A stretch of 64,000 nucleotides of DNA from an uncultured Hyphomicrobiales bacterium (GCA_903929045.1 CAIYTE010000147.1:5671-69670); one strand, 5' to 3'; shown: positions 1-10,239, numbered from the stretch's first letter. The notes: generated from the letters alone by a model not told the origin. A program made the numbers and translations.

Positions 1-291
1 TTCAACGCCGAAAACCGCCTGACTGGCCTGCCAGTTGTAACCGACAGTGCCGCCGACAAGGCCGCCCGACGTGTTAAAACCGCCGGACGCGAACGGCGCC
101 GCCGTATCTGAACGTCCCCAGCCGCCGCCGCCATTGATACCGACGTAAGCGCCGGTCCAGTTATAGATCGGGGCATAGACAGGCGCCTTCGTGGGCATCG
201 CCTGCCGCCGCGCGATGTCGGCGGCATTCGCCGCGCTAAAAGTCGAAACCAGCGCGAGTGCACCGACGCCCGCAAGAACCAAACGCTTCAT
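1..291 (-). CDS. Omp25/RopB-family outer membrane protein, 5' part (runs off the window edge)
   Basis: Manual translation MKRLVLAGVGALALVSTFSAANAADIARRQAMPTKAPVYAPIYNWTGAYVGINGGGGWG...GGTVGYNWQ: signal peptide plus AAD and NWTGAYVG signatures; not in the ORF track. Confidence 0.9.
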   Translation of the reverse strand, partial: MKRLVLAGVGALALVSTFSAANAADIARRQAMPTKAPVYAPIYNWTGAYVGINGGGGWGRSDTAAPFASGGFNTSGGLVGGTVGYNWQASQAVFGVE

Positions 292-371
292 GACAAATCT
301 CCGAAAAAGCAGCCCCCAATGCGCGGACACTATTCGGATCCGCAGGTGCGTCTAGTGTACAAAAGACACAC

Positions 372-384
372 TAAGCTATTGATT
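372..384 (-). promoter_or_regulatory. IHF-type binding site upstream of the omp gene
   Basis: Minus strand AATCAAtagcTTA matches WATCAANNNNTTR within an AT-rich patch. Confidence 0.5.
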
Positions 385-475
385 TTATTATCATATTTGT
401 GTCTTTGAATCGCCGCCATCCCGCCGCAATTGGCGCCCGTTTTCGCCGCAAAATCGCAGCCCGATACCGGCAACG

Positions 476-503
476 AAAAACCCCGGGCTTTCGCCCGGGG
501 TTT
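476..503 (-). terminator. Rho-independent terminator of the omp gene at 541-1152
   Basis: CCCCGGGC-tttc-GCCCGGGG hairpin with an A5 run on + (U-tract on -). Confidence 0.85.
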
Positions 504-540
504 GCTCGCCACATGAAACGCTCAGCGTGAGACGTTTCGC

Positions 541-1152
541 TCAGAAGTGATAGTTCAGGCCGACGCGAAGAACATTGTCGTGGAATGCGTTGCTCGTACC
601 GGTAACGGAATAGGTGCGGCTGCCGAGATCCATATAGAGGTACTCGAGCTTCGCCGACCAGTTCTGCGAGATGCCCATTTCGCCACCGAGGCCGACCGTC
701 CAGCCGAGCTGGGTGCGGCTTTCGCTCAGGAAGGCGCTTTCGGCTTTAACGTTGCCATAGGCAAGACCGGCGGTGAGATAGAACAGGAAGTTGCTGTACG
801 CAAAGCCGCCACGGCCGCGCAGCGTGCCGAACCACGGGTTCGAGAACTTGAACGGCGCGAAGGTGTCTTCGGAACCGCTCAACTGCAGATCGGTTTCGGC
901 GCCGAACACGAACTGGCCGTTCTGCCAGTTGTAGCCGCCCTGCACGCCGCCTTCGAGACCGCTCGGCGATGTGTTGGAATTGCTGACCTTGCCCCAGTTG
1001 TAACCGAGGTTGGCGCCGACATAAGCGCCGCCCCAGTTAAAGCCGGCGGCTGCAGGCGCATAATACGGGGCCGGGCTGCGCGGCAGATCGGCGGCGGCGG
1101 CTGCGCTTGCGGTCATTGCCACCAGGCCAAGCGCCAAAATCGTTTTCTTCAT
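541..1152 (-). CDS. Omp25/RopB-family outer membrane beta-barrel protein
   Basis: Signal peptide, AADLP, NWGGAYVG, GYNWQ, C-terminal GLNYHF. Confidence 0.92.
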   Translation of the reverse strand: MKKTILALGLVAMTASAAAAADLPRSPAPYYAPAAAGFNWGGAYVGANLGYNWGKVSNSNTSPSGLEGGVQGGYNWQNGQFVFGAETDLQLSGSEDTFAPFKFSNPWFGTLRGRGGFAYSNFLFYLTAGLAYGNVKAESAFLSESRTQLGWTVGLGGEMGISQNWSAKLEYLYMDLGSRTYSVTGTSNAFHDNVLRVGLNYHF

Positions 1153-1458
1153 CACTGGTACTCCACTCGTGTGCCGCCGGCAGGGCGCTCGTTGTGCGCG
1201 CGGCGCGTATCGCGGCAGAAAATTAGCTCTCTTTTTCGTGGAGGATTTATCGCGCCTTTTACGTTAAGCGGTTATGAATCGGTAAGGATGACCCGGCGTT
1301 ATCCCTAAAGAACTGTTATGAAAAACGGCGGTCGCGTAATTGATTTACTATGTCGGCTCAGTTTCCATTTACTATAACGTCCGCACGCGAACGCGATGCT
1401 GCAATGAAGTACCGTTTGCCGTTCTTCGAAATCAAATGATGCGATCTGAAACAGTGCC

Positions 1459-2223
1459 ATGACGAATGCCGACACCCTATCGCCGCGCGTGGCATTGATC
1501 ACAGGCGCGGGCCGCCGCATCGGCCGCGCCATCACGCTGGCGTTGGCGCGAGACGGTTATGCCGTCGTGCTCAACAGTCTTGCGTCGCATGCCGACGCCG
1601 AGACGCTTGTCGCGGAGATCAGAAATGCAGGCGGCAAGGCGCATGTTGTCATTGCCGATCTCGCCCATGCCGATGGTGTACACGGGCTCGTCGCGGCGTC
1701 GAACGCATTCGGGCCTTTGACGTTACTGGTCAACAACGCAAGCGAGTTCGAGGCCGACGATATCGAGACATTGGATCGCAGGCGGTTCGAGCGCACGATG
1801 GCCGTCAACCTGACGGCGCCGTTGTTTCTCGCGCAAGCCTTCGCTGCGCAGGCGCCCGCGGGGTCATCGATCGTCAACATCCTCGACCAGCGCGTGCTCA
1901 AGCCGACGCCGTTGTTCTTTTCCTACGCCTTGAGCAAGGCCGCGTTGCATGATGCGACGGCGATGCTGGCGCAGGCGCTGGCGCCGAAGCTGCGGGTCAA
2001 TGCCGTGGCGCCGGGGCCGACTCTGCCGAGCCCGCGCCAGACTGACGCTCAATTTGCTGCTCAGGCCGCCACCGTACCGCTGGGGCGGGGGCCGTCGCCG
2101 GACGATATTGCTGCGGCGGTGCTCTATCTGGCCAAAGCGCAAAGCGTGACCGGCATGACGATTGCCGTGGACGGCGGCCAGCATCTGGCCTGGCGCACGC
2201 CGGATAGCGATATCGCGGAATAG
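1459..2223 (+). CDS. SDR oxidoreductase (pteridine reductase/FolM-like)
   Basis: TGAGRRIG, NNAS, YxxSK, VDGGQHL; usual position upstream of uvrC. Confidence 0.9.
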   Translation: MTNADTLSPRVALITGAGRRIGRAITLALARDGYAVVLNSLASHADAETLVAEIRNAGGKAHVVIADLAHADGVHGLVAASNAFGPLTLLVNNASEFEADDIETLDRRRFERTMAVNLTAPLFLAQAFAAQAPAGSSIVNILDQRVLKPTPLFFSYALSKAALHDATAMLAQALAPKLRVNAVAPGPTLPSPRQTDAQFAAQAATVPLGRGPSPDDIAAAVLYLAKAQSVTGMTIAVDGGQHLAWRTPDSDIAE

Positions 2224-2247
2224 AAAAAGCTTATTATCTACGTCCCG

Positions 2248-4299
2248 ATGACCGGCACGCCCAAAGACATCGATCCGGATACCGAGCTTCGCGAAGACGA
2301 GGAAGAATCCTCGTTGCCCGCACTCGACCTGAACGAGGCTCCGGACGGCACGCTCGCCGCCGGCCGCGCCGCAATCCTGCGTTTCGTCAAGCACGCGCCG
2401 TCGGCGCCGGGCGTCTACCGCATGATCGACGGCAAGGGCGAGGTGCTCTACGTCGGAAAAGCCAAAAACATCAAGAAGCGGGTGACGTCCTACACGCGCC
2501 CGATCGGCCACGACGGTCGCATCACGCGCATGATCGCGGCCACCGCGACGATGGAATTCGTCTCGACGGCGACCGAGACCGAAGCGCTGCTGCTCGAAGC
2601 CAACCTGATCAAGCGCTTGCGGCCGCGCTTCAACGTACTGCTGCGCGACGATAAGTCGTTCCCCTACATCATGATCACGTCGGACCACTGGGCGCCCCAG
2701 ATCCTGAAACATCGCGGCGCACGCACGCGCAAGGCACACTATTACGGGCCCTTCGCCAATGCCGGCGCGGTGAACCGCACCATCAATGCTTTGCAGCGCG
2801 CATTCCTGTTGCGCTCGTGTTCGGATTCGTTCTTCGAGGGCCGGACGCGGCCGTGTCTTCTGCATCAGATCAAGCGTTGCTCCGGCCCGTGCACCCAGGA
2901 GATCGACTTCGCCGGCTATGCGGCGCTGGTCCGCGAAGCCAACGACTTCCTGTCGGGCCGCAGCAAGGCTGTGCATGAGGAACTGGCGGGCGAGATGGAT
3001 GCCGCGTCCGCCGAGATGGATTACGAACGCGCCGCGATCTATCGCGACCGGCTTGCGGCTTTATCCGCGGTCACATCGCATCAGGGCATTAATCCGCGCA
3101 CGCTCGAGGAAGCCGACGTCTTCGCCGTGCATCAGGCCGGCGGCTATACCTGCGTCGAAGTCTTCTTCTTCCGTACCGGGCAGAACTGGGGCAACCGCGC
3201 CTACTTCCCCAAGGCTGACCGCAGCCTAACGCCAGCGGAAGTGCTCGATACCTTCATGGCGCAGTTTTACGACGACAAACCGCCGCCGCGGCTCATTCTC
3301 GTATCGCATGAATTCGAGGAGCGCGAGTTGCTGGCGCAGGCGCTGAGCATCAAGGCCGACCGCAAGGTCGAGGTCAGCGTGCCGCAGCGTGGTGAGCGCA
3401 AGGATCTGGTCAATCACGCTTTGGCCAATGCGCGCGAAGCGCTGGGGCGCAAGCTCGCCGAGACGTCGTCGCAGCAGCGGTTGCTCAAGGCGATGACCGA
3501 AACGTTCCAGTTGCCGAAGGAGCCGCGCCGGATCGAGGTCTACGACAACAGTCATATCGGCGGCACCAATGCGGTCGGCGGCATGATTGTCGCCGGGCCG
3601 GAAGGCTTCCGCAAAAACCAATACCGCAAGTTCAACATCCGCTCCACCGAACTAACGCCCGGCGACGACTACGCCATGATGCGCGAGGTCCTAGAGCGGC
3701 GTTTCAAGCGGCTGTTGAAAGAAGCGCCGCGCGACGATCTCGGCGAAGCGCCGTCGGTTCCGCAGGCGGAAGCGGGCGCCGAGCCCCAGCCTGATGCCGA
3801 AACACCAGATCCCATCGACTTCGATTCCGATGACGCGTCTTGGCCGGACCTGATCCTGATCGACGGCGGGCAGGGCCAGCTCAAGGTCGCGACCGACGTA
3901 CTGGCCGAACTCGGGCTGCAATATCTCCCGGTGGTCTCGATCGCCAAGGGACCGGACCGCGATGCGGGCCGCGAAACCTTCTTCATGCCCGGGCGCACGC
4001 CGTTCAAGCTGCCGCCGCGCGATCCGCTGCTGTACTTTGTCGAGCGGCTGCGGGATGAAGCCCACCGCTTTGCCATTGGTTCGCATCGGACGCGGCGGAA
4101 AAAGGATATCCGCGAAGCTGGCCTGCAGGAAATTGCCGGCATCGGCCCGACGCGCAAGCGGGCCCTGTTGCGGCATTTCGGCACTGTGAAAGCCATTGAG
4201 CGCGCGTCGCTGACCGATCTCGCCAATGTCGCCGGAATTAATGCGGAGACCGCGCGAAAGATATATGAGTTCTTCCACGAGAAGGCTGGCCAGACCTGA
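2248..4299 (+). CDS. uvrC: Excinuclease ABC subunit C
   Basis: GIY-YIG region PGVYRM...[32 protein letters not shown]-terminal HhH. Confidence 0.98.
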   Translation: MTGTPKDIDPDTELREDEEESSLPALDLNEAPDGTLAAGRAAILRFVKHAPSAPGVYRMIDGKGEVLYVGKAKNIKKRVTSYTRPIGHDGRITRMIAATATMEFVSTATETEALLLEANLIKRLRPRFNVLLRDDKSFPYIMITSDHWAPQILKHRGARTRKAHYYGPFANAGAVNRTINALQRAFLLRSCSDSFFEGRTRPCLLHQIKRCSGPCTQEIDFAGYAALVREANDFLSGRSKAVHEELAGEMDAASAEMDYERAAIYRDRLAALSAVTSHQGINPRTLEEADVFAVHQAGGYTCVEVFFFRTGQNWGNRAYFPKADRSLTPAEVLDTFMAQFYDDKPPPRLILVSHEFEERELLAQALSIKADRKVEVSVPQRGERKDLVNHALANAREALGRKLAETSSQQRLLKAMTETFQLPKEPRRIEVYDNSHIGGTNAVGGMIVAGPEGFRKNQYRKFNIRSTELTPGDDYAMMREVLERRFKRLLKEAPRDDLGEAPSVPQAEAGAEPQPDAETPDPIDFDSDDASWPDLILIDGGQGQLKVATDVLAELGLQYLPVVSIAKGPDRDAGRETFFMPGRTPFKLPPRDPLLYFVERLRDEAHRFAIGSHRTRRKKDIREAGLQEIAGIGPTRKRALLRHFGTVKAIERASLTDLANVAGINAETARKIYEFFHEKAGQT

Positions 4300-4315
4300 C
4301 CGGCAAGGGGGAAGC

Positions 4316-5203
4316 ATGATCATCAAGACGCAGCAAGACGTCACGCCGGCGGTGCTGGAAGCCTACAAGACCATCGACGATGCGCGCATGCGCGAGATCG
4401 TCGCCTCGCTGATCAAGCATCTGCACGGCTTCGCGCGCGACGTGCGCCTCACCGAAGAAGAATTCCAGGCCGGTGCGCAGATCGTCGCCAAACTGGGTCA
4501 GATGTCCAACGCCACGCATAATGAAGTGGTGCTGATGTCGGGCTCGCTCGGCTTTTCCGCGCTCGTCTGCCTTTTGAACAACGGCAATAACGGCCAGACC
4601 GAAACCACCGCAAATCTGCTCGGGCCGTTCTGGCGGCTGAATTCACCGCGCACCGAAAACGGCGGTTCGATCATCCGCTCGCCGACGCCGGGACCGGCTT
4701 TGTTCGTCAACTGCACGGTGCAGGACGTGAAAGGTAACCCGATCGCGGGCGCCGAGGTCGACATCTGGCATTCGTCGCCGGAAGGGTTGTACGAGCAGCA
4801 GGATCCGCAGCAGGCCGACATGAATCTGCGCGGCAAGTTCACGACCGACGCCATGGGCCATTTCGGCTTCCGCAGCGTCAAACCGGCGGGCTATCCGATC
4901 CCGATCGACGGCCCGGTCGGCGATCTGCTGCGCATCGCCCACCGCCACAATTACCGTCCGGCGCATCTGCACTTCCTGATCTGGAAGGAAGCCTTCAAGA
5001 CACTGATTTCGCAGATTTACACGCCGGACGACGTAAATCTGGAAACCGACGCACAGTTTGGGGTTACCCGCGCGCTGATCGGTGACTATGTACGCCACGA
5101 CGGTCCTTCCCCGGAAGGCGCGGTGGGCGAGTGGTATTCGCTCGACCAGACCTTCGTCATGGAAGCGGGCGTCAGCAAGCTGCCAAGAGCTCCGATCCAA
5201 TAA
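4316..5203 (+). CDS. Intradiol ring-cleavage dioxygenase (hydroxyquinol/catechol 1,2-dioxygenase family)
   Basis: LLGPFW, VDIWH..GLYEQQ, YPIPIDGPVG, RPAHLHF iron ligands; ATG at 4316 after a GGGGG SD. Confidence 0.9.
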   Translation: MIIKTQQDVTPAVLEAYKTIDDARMREIVASLIKHLHGFARDVRLTEEEFQAGAQIVAKLGQMSNATHNEVVLMSGSLGFSALVCLLNNGNNGQTETTANLLGPFWRLNSPRTENGGSIIRSPTPGPALFVNCTVQDVKGNPIAGAEVDIWHSSPEGLYEQQDPQQADMNLRGKFTTDAMGHFGFRSVKPAGYPIPIDGPVGDLLRIAHRHNYRPAHLHFLIWKEAFKTLISQIYTPDDVNLETDAQFGVTRALIGDYVRHDGPSPEGAVGEWYSLDQTFVMEAGVSKLPRAPIQ

Positions 5204-5278
5204 GTCCCGGTGTGGTGTCCGGGGATCGCGTGCCGCGGGCGATTGACCTAGCCGCGGTGGAATGATCCTTTGTCGCCC

Positions 5279-5884
5279 ATGAATCCTGTCAATTCGGGCC
5301 GGCTGCCAGCGCACCCGTTCGCGCTGCCGAATATCTTGACCTACGCCCGCATTGCTGCCGTTCCGGTGGTGGTGGGCCTGATCTATTGGCAAAGCATTCT
5401 CGACGGCGGGCTTTGGCTGCGCTGGGTGGCGTTGGCAGTCTTCACCGCCGCCGGTGTGACCGACATTCTCGATGGCTATTTTGCGCGCATGTGGGGTCAG
5501 CAGTCGTCGCTCGGCCGTATGCTCGACCCCATCGCCGACAAGCTGCTGGTGTCGTCGAGCCTGTTGATGCTTGCCGCCGATGGCACGATCCGCGGTTGGA
5601 CGCTGCTCGCGGCGGTGATCATTTTGTGTCGCGAAATTCTGGTGTCGGGGCTGCGTGAATTCCTTGCCGATCTGCATGTCAGCATTCCAGTCACCACGCT
5701 GGCGAAGTGGAAGACGGTCGGACAACTCGTCGCCATCGGCTTCCTGATCGCGGGCGAGGCCGGGGTGAAAGTGCTGCCGCAGACCATCGAGATCGGCATC
5801 ACGCTGATGTGGCTGTCGGCAATCGTGACGCTTTACACCGGCTGGGATTACATGCGCGCCGGTCTTCGCTACGTGATCGACTGA
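5279..5884 (+). CDS. pgsA: CDP-diacylglycerol--glycerol-3-phosphate 3-phosphatidyltransferase
   Basis: PNILT, DILDGYFAR...GRMLDPIADK, REILVSGLRE. Confidence 0.96.
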   Translation: MNPVNSGRLPAHPFALPNILTYARIAAVPVVVGLIYWQSILDGGLWLRWVALAVFTAAGVTDILDGYFARMWGQQSSLGRMLDPIADKLLVSSSLLMLAADGTIRGWTLLAAVIILCREILVSGLREFLADLHVSIPVTTLAKWKTVGQLVAIGFLIAGEAGVKVLPQTIEIGITLMWLSAIVTLYTGWDYMRAGLRYVID

Positions 5885-5897
5885 GCGGGATACGACG

Positions 5898-6149
5898 ATG
5901 AAGGTGCGCTACTTCGCCTGGGTGCGCGAACGCGTTGGCAAAGCCGACGAAGACGTCGACGTTCCGGTCGGCGTTGCCACCGTTGGCGAGTTGATGACAT
6001 GGCTGGCCTCGCGCGGCGAAGAATATGCCTATGCCTTCGAGAACCCGACGGTGATCCGCGCCGCGATCGACAAGACGCACGTTAAGGCGCAGGCGGCGAT
6101 TGCCGGTGCCGCTGAAATCGCGTTTTTCCCGCCCATGACCGGCGGCTAG
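5898..6149 (+). CDS. moaD: Molybdopterin synthase sulfur carrier subunit
   Basis: YFAWVRE, C-terminal FFPPMTGG. Confidence 0.96.
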   Translation: MKVRYFAWVRERVGKADEDVDVPVGVATVGELMTWLASRGEEYAYAFENPTVIRAAIDKTHVKAQAAIAGAAEIAFFPPMTGG

Positions 6150-6194
6150 CGCCGGGCAATGGCGCCGAAAGCGCAAGGCCTGTAAGATTGCGCC

Positions 6195-6677
6195 ATGACT
6201 CCGACTATTCGCATCCAGAGCGAGCCATTTGACGCCGCTGCCGAGGCAAAGAAGCTGAGCGGCGGGCGTACCGACGTTGGCGCGCTGGTGACGTTCACCG
6301 GCATTTGCCGCGGCAATGAGGGCAGCGAGCCGATCGCGGCGCTCACGCTCGAGCATTATTCCGGCATGGCGGAAGCCGAAATCGAACGGCATGTGAGCGA
6401 TGCGATGCAGCGCTGGCCGCTGCTCGGCGTGACCGTCATCCATCGCCATGGCCGCATCGCGCCGGGTGACGACATCATGATGGTGGCAACCGCCTCGTCG
6501 CATCGCGAGGCTGCTTTCGCCGCGGCGGAATTCCTGATGGACTATCTCAAGACGCGCGCACCGTTCTGGAAACAGGTCGAGAAGGCGGGCGAAAAAACAT
6601 GGGTCGAGGCAAGAGCGACGGATGACGCCGCTGCCGGGCGCTGGGCTGCGCACGGCAAGCACGAAGCGGTGAAGTAG
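6195..6677 (+). CDS. moaE: Molybdopterin synthase catalytic subunit
   Basis: LEHYSGMA, HRHG, SSHREAAF, LKTRAPFWK. Confidence 0.96.
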   Translation: MTPTIRIQSEPFDAAAEAKKLSGGRTDVGALVTFTGICRGNEGSEPIAALTLEHYSGMAEAEIERHVSDAMQRWPLLGVTVIHRHGRIAPGDDIMMVATASSHREAAFAAAEFLMDYLKTRAPFWKQVEKAGEKTWVEARATDDAAAGRWAAHGKHEAVK

Positions 6678-6723
6678 GGCAGAGCGCGAGCAATCGCGCG
6701 ACAGGTGAAGACTGAGGGGCAAC

Positions 6724-7677
6724 ATGGTTCCGTTCGTGATCGCGGCGGTAGCGGTGATCGCGCTTGGCGTCAGCGGCTCACCGGCCGCGGAGGTCGCCTA
6801 TTACGATGTGCCGCGCGGGGCGCATCCGCATGACGTCGCGCCGGCGCCGGATGGCAAGGTCTGGTACACGGCGCAGAGCCAGGGCGCGCTCGGCATTCTC
6901 GATCCCAAGACGCGGCGTACGGTTCATGTGCCGCTCGGGCCGGATGCCGCGCCGCACGGCGTCATCATCGGCCCCGATCTCGCGGCCTGGATCACCGATG
7001 GCGGGCTGAACGCCGTCGTTCGGGTCGATACGGCGACCCGTGCGGTGAAGCTGTTTCCGCTGCTGCCGGACTTCCCCAACGCCAATCTCAACACCGCGAC
7101 CTTCGACCGTAAAGGTATCCTCTGGTTCACCGGCCAGAACGGTGTCTATGGCCGCGTCGATCCGGCGTCGAGCAAGGTCGAGGCCTGGAAAGCGCCGCGC
7201 GGCGCCGGTCCTTACGGCATCACCACGACGCCAAACGGCGACGTCTGGTACGCCTCGCTCGCAGGCGATCACATCGCCAAGATCGATACGGTGAGTGGTG
7301 ACGCGCTGGTGGTGCCGCCACCGAAGGCCGGTGTCGGGCCACGCCGCATCTGGTCGGATTCCAAGGGATTGCTGTGGGTGAGCTTCTGGAACACCGGCGA
7401 GGTGGGGCGCTTCGATCCGATGGCGAAGACGTGGAAGGTGTGGCCACTGCCGAAGAGCAAGCAGGGTTGCTACGCCGTTTTTGTCGACGACAGGGACAAA
7501 ATTTGGCTCACCGACTGGCCGGGCAATGCCGTGGTGCGTTTCGATCCCGTCACCGAGACGTTTGAGAGCTTCGGCAGCAACCGCCACAATGCGTCAGTGC
7601 GGCAGGTGCTGGGCCGGCCGGGAGAAATCTGGGCCGCCGAATCCGGCACCGACCGGCTGGTGGTCATCCGGGATTAG
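6724..7677 (+). CDS. Exported virginiamycin B lyase (Vgb)-like beta-propeller protein
   Basis: Signal peptide; repeated PHDVAPAPDGKVWYT / PHGVIIGPD / PYGITTTPNGDVWY blades. Confidence 0.8.
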   Translation: MVPFVIAAVAVIALGVSGSPAAEVAYYDVPRGAHPHDVAPAPDGKVWYTAQSQGALGILDPKTRRTVHVPLGPDAAPHGVIIGPDLAAWITDGGLNAVVRVDTATRAVKLFPLLPDFPNANLNTATFDRKGILWFTGQNGVYGRVDPASSKVEAWKAPRGAGPYGITTTPNGDVWYASLAGDHIAKIDTVSGDALVVPPPKAGVGPRRIWSDSKGLLWVSFWNTGEVGRFDPMAKTWKVWPLPKSKQGCYAVFVDDRDKIWLTDWPGNAVVRFDPVTETFESFGSNRHNASVRQVLGRPGEIWAAESGTDRLVVIRD

Positions 7678-7685
7678 GCGGCAAA

Positions 7686-8486
7686 ATGCCCCCAATGCCT
7701 TTCGATTCGACACCAACCCGGCGTGGCGCCCTGCACATTCTCGCAGGCGGCGCATTGTTGGCCAGCGGCGTTGCACCGGCCATGGCCGACGACGAGCCTC
7801 GCATCGGCTGGCTGATCCTCGATGCACAGAAGCTGCCAGCGATGTCGCAGCGCGTCGACTTCATCGCCGCGTCGCTTAAGGGCACACGCTATCGTGGCTA
7901 CACCCTTATCGGGAGTGCGCGCCGTACCGAAAAACTGGTGGCACGCGATGATGCCTTCGATTGCGTGACTTATTGCGAGACTGTGCTGGCGGCGGCGATG
8001 TCGCGCGTGCCGTCAGAATTCGAGACGCATCTGCGCACCATCCGATATCACAACGGTGTCGTCGCCTGGCGCGAGCGTAATCATTATTTTTTCGAGTGGG
8101 GCCAACACAACGTCGAGAACAAGACCTGCCGCTGGGTCGTGCTCGATGGCGCGATCGATATTCAGAAAACGGTGACGGCCGAACGCGGTCTTGGGCGGCG
8201 CCAGTTTCCGATGACCGTTATTCCGCGCGACACGCTGCTGATCCATCGGGACAAACTCGCGCCCGGCGACATCGTCGGTTTCGTTACGCAGCGTGCCAAC
8301 CTCGATTACTTTCACGTCGGCTTCGTCGCCTTCGGCGATAAGGGTGAGTTGCTGCTGCGCCATGCCTCACAGACGCGCCGCCGTGTGATCGACGAGCCGC
8401 TCGATCGTTTCATGGCGAAATATCACGTGCGATACGTGACCTTGCTGCGGCCGCAAGCGCCGGCGGCCGACAAAAAGGCCGGCTAA
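7686..8486 (+). CDS. DUF1460 / NlpC-P60-like N-acetylmuramoyl-L-alanine amidase with Tat signal
   Basis: TRRGAL twin-arginine; FDCVTYCE, RNHYF, HVG, LRHAS. Confidence 0.8.
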   Translation: MPPMPFDSTPTRRGALHILAGGALLASGVAPAMADDEPRIGWLILDAQKLPAMSQRVDFIAASLKGTRYRGYTLIGSARRTEKLVARDDAFDCVTYCETVLAAAMSRVPSEFETHLRTIRYHNGVVAWRERNHYFFEWGQHNVENKTCRWVVLDGAIDIQKTVTAERGLGRRQFPMTVIPRDTLLIHRDKLAPGDIVGFVTQRANLDYFHVGFVAFGDKGELLLRHASQTRRRVIDEPLDRFMAKYHVRYVTLLRPQAPAADKKAG

Positions 8487-8501
8487 AACAGCCGGCTTTT
8501 T
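8472..8501. terminator. Bidirectional intrinsic terminator between convergent genes
   Basis: AAAAA-GGCCGGCT-aaaac-AGCCGGCT-TTTT. Confidence 0.75.
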
Positions 8502-8525
8502 ATTGTTCGGTTCGCGGGAAGGGGT

Positions 8526-9422
8526 TCAGGCCGCTGCGGCTTTCTTGGCCGGTGCATTCACTTCCGCAGTGTAGTCGTCCATCAGCGTCTTGGTGATGCT
8601 ACCGGGCGTGAACTTCCACTTGGCGATTTCCGCCACCGCGGTGACTTCAGCCGCGGAGCCGGTGATGAAGCATTCTTCCATCGCGTCGAGTTCATCCGGC
8701 AGGATGCGGCGTTCGACCACCTCGATGCCGCGCCGCTTCGCCAGTTCGATCGCGGTCTGACGGGTCAGGCCGTCGAGGAAGCAGTCGGCGATCGGCGTGT
8801 GAATCTTGCCGTCCTTGATGAAGAAGATGTTGGCGCCGGTGCATTCGGCGACGCGGCCTTCCCAGTCCAGCATCATGGCGTCGGCGTAGCCTTTGCGCTC
8901 GGCCGCGTGTTTGGAGATGGTGCAGATCATGTAGAGACCGGCGGCCTTGGCGCGGCAGGGCGCGGTCTTCGGATCGGGCCGGCGATACTCGGCAAGATCG
9001 AGACGGATGCCCTTGAGCCGCTGCTCGGGGTCGAAATAGCTGGGCCATTCCCAACTTGCGATTGCGAGGTGGATCTTGTTGTTCTGCGCCGACACGCCCA
9101 TCATTTCCGAACCGCGCCAGGCGATCGGACGGACATAGGCTTCTTTCTTGCCGTTTTTCTCGACGACCAGCTTTTTGGCGGCGTCGATCTCGGCGACGGA
9201 GAAGGGGATGTCGAAATCGAGGATATTGGCGGAGCGCTTCAGCCGCTCGGAATGCTGCGTCGACTTGAAGATGTGGCCGCCATAGGCGCGCTCACCCTCG
9301 AACACGGCGCTGGCATAGTGCAGGCCGTGGGTCAGGACATGCACGTTGGCCTCGGCCCACGGCACCAGCTTGCCGTCGTACCAGATGACCCCGTCGAGCT
9401 TGTCGTATGATTGCGCAGCCAT
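8526..9422 (-). CDS. ilvE: Branched-chain amino acid aminotransferase
   Basis: LHYASAVFEG, AKAAGLY, ECTGANIF, LDGLTR, GSAAEV. Confidence 0.95.
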   Translation of the reverse strand: MAAQSYDKLDGVIWYDGKLVPWAEANVHVLTHGLHYASAVFEGERAYGGHIFKSTQHSERLKRSANILDFDIPFSVAEIDAAKKLVVEKNGKKEAYVRPIAWRGSEMMGVSAQNNKIHLAIASWEWPSYFDPEQRLKGIRLDLAEYRRPDPKTAPCRAKAAGLYMICTISKHAAERKGYADAMMLDWEGRVAECTGANIFFIKDGKIHTPIADCFLDGLTRQTAIELAKRRGIEVVERRILPDELDAMEECFITGSAAEVTAVAEIAKWKFTPGSITKTLMDDYTAEVNAPAKKAAAA

Positions 9423-9684
9423 GACCTTCCTCCGTGAACTCTATTCTACTGACGCCAAATTCTACTGACGCTAAGTGCGAGATCATGCGCGCCGAGGGGC
9501 CCTGTGGCCGCTTCCGCCGCTGTGATGGCGCATTTTTAGCGCTACTTCCAACACTTTGCGTCACCCGGCAACACCCGGTATGACTGCGAAGAAGCCCGTC
9601 GGAAGCCTGTCTTACGGTCGGGGTAGCACCGTCTTGGTACTATCCTTTCGTCTTTAGGCTCGTTTTTGTAACATAAAATCAAAA

Positions 9685-9705
9685 TATGTCAACATGGCTG
9701 ACATA
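9685..9705. promoter_or_regulatory. Palindromic operator over the MarR start codon
   Basis: TATGTCA-N7-TGACATA perfect inverted repeat spanning ATG 9694. Confidence 0.6.
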
Positions 9706-10239
9706 AATATGAGCTCGAAATCCGCCGCCGCGCCAGCGCCCGACCCTGCGGCCGCCCCCGTTGCGCCGCCGGTCTGGGATATCATCGAGCTTCTGTTTTT
9801 TGCCTACCGCGATTTCGTCGGCGATCCAGACGAGGTTTTGTTCAAGCTCAATTTCGGCCGCGCGCACCACCGTGTGCTGCATTTCGTCAATCGCAATCCG
9901 GGCATGAAGGTCGCGGATCTGCTCGACATTCTCAACATCACCAAGCAATCCCTCGGTCGCGTGCTCAAGCAATTGGTCGACCAGGGCTACGTCGTCCAGA
10001 AGGAAGGGGCGCAGGACCGTCGGCAGCGACTGCTGTTCGCGACGCCGAAGGGCGAGGCGTTGTCGCTCAAGCTCGCGCAGTTGCAGACCGTGCGCATCAA
10101 TCGCGCCTTCGCCGAACTCGGGCCCGGCGCGCATGAGGCCGCGCGGCGGTTTCTGACCGCCATGATCGACAGCGACAATCGTGAAAGCGTCCTGCGCCAG
10201 ATCGCGCGCGCTGATCATCACGCCAAGGCGCGGAGCTAA
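9694..10239 (+). CDS. MarR-family regulator (PetP-like)
   Basis: IELLFFAYRDF, GRAHHRVLHFV, ITKQSL, DRRQR; precedes an OmpR/EnvZ pair. Confidence 0.9.
   Translation: MADINMSSKSAAAPAPDPAAAPVAPPVWDIIELLFFAYRDFVGDPDEVLFKLNFGRAHHRVLHFVNRNPGMKVADLLDILNITKQSLGRVLKQLVDQGYVVQKEGAQDRRQRLLFATPKGEALSLKLAQLQTVRINRAFAELGPGAHEAARRFLTAMIDSDNRESVLRQIARADHHAKARS

Noticed and set aside
1255..1290. CtrA box upstream of the omp gene
   Set aside because: Only a TTAA half-site; no TTAA-N7-TTAA spacing.
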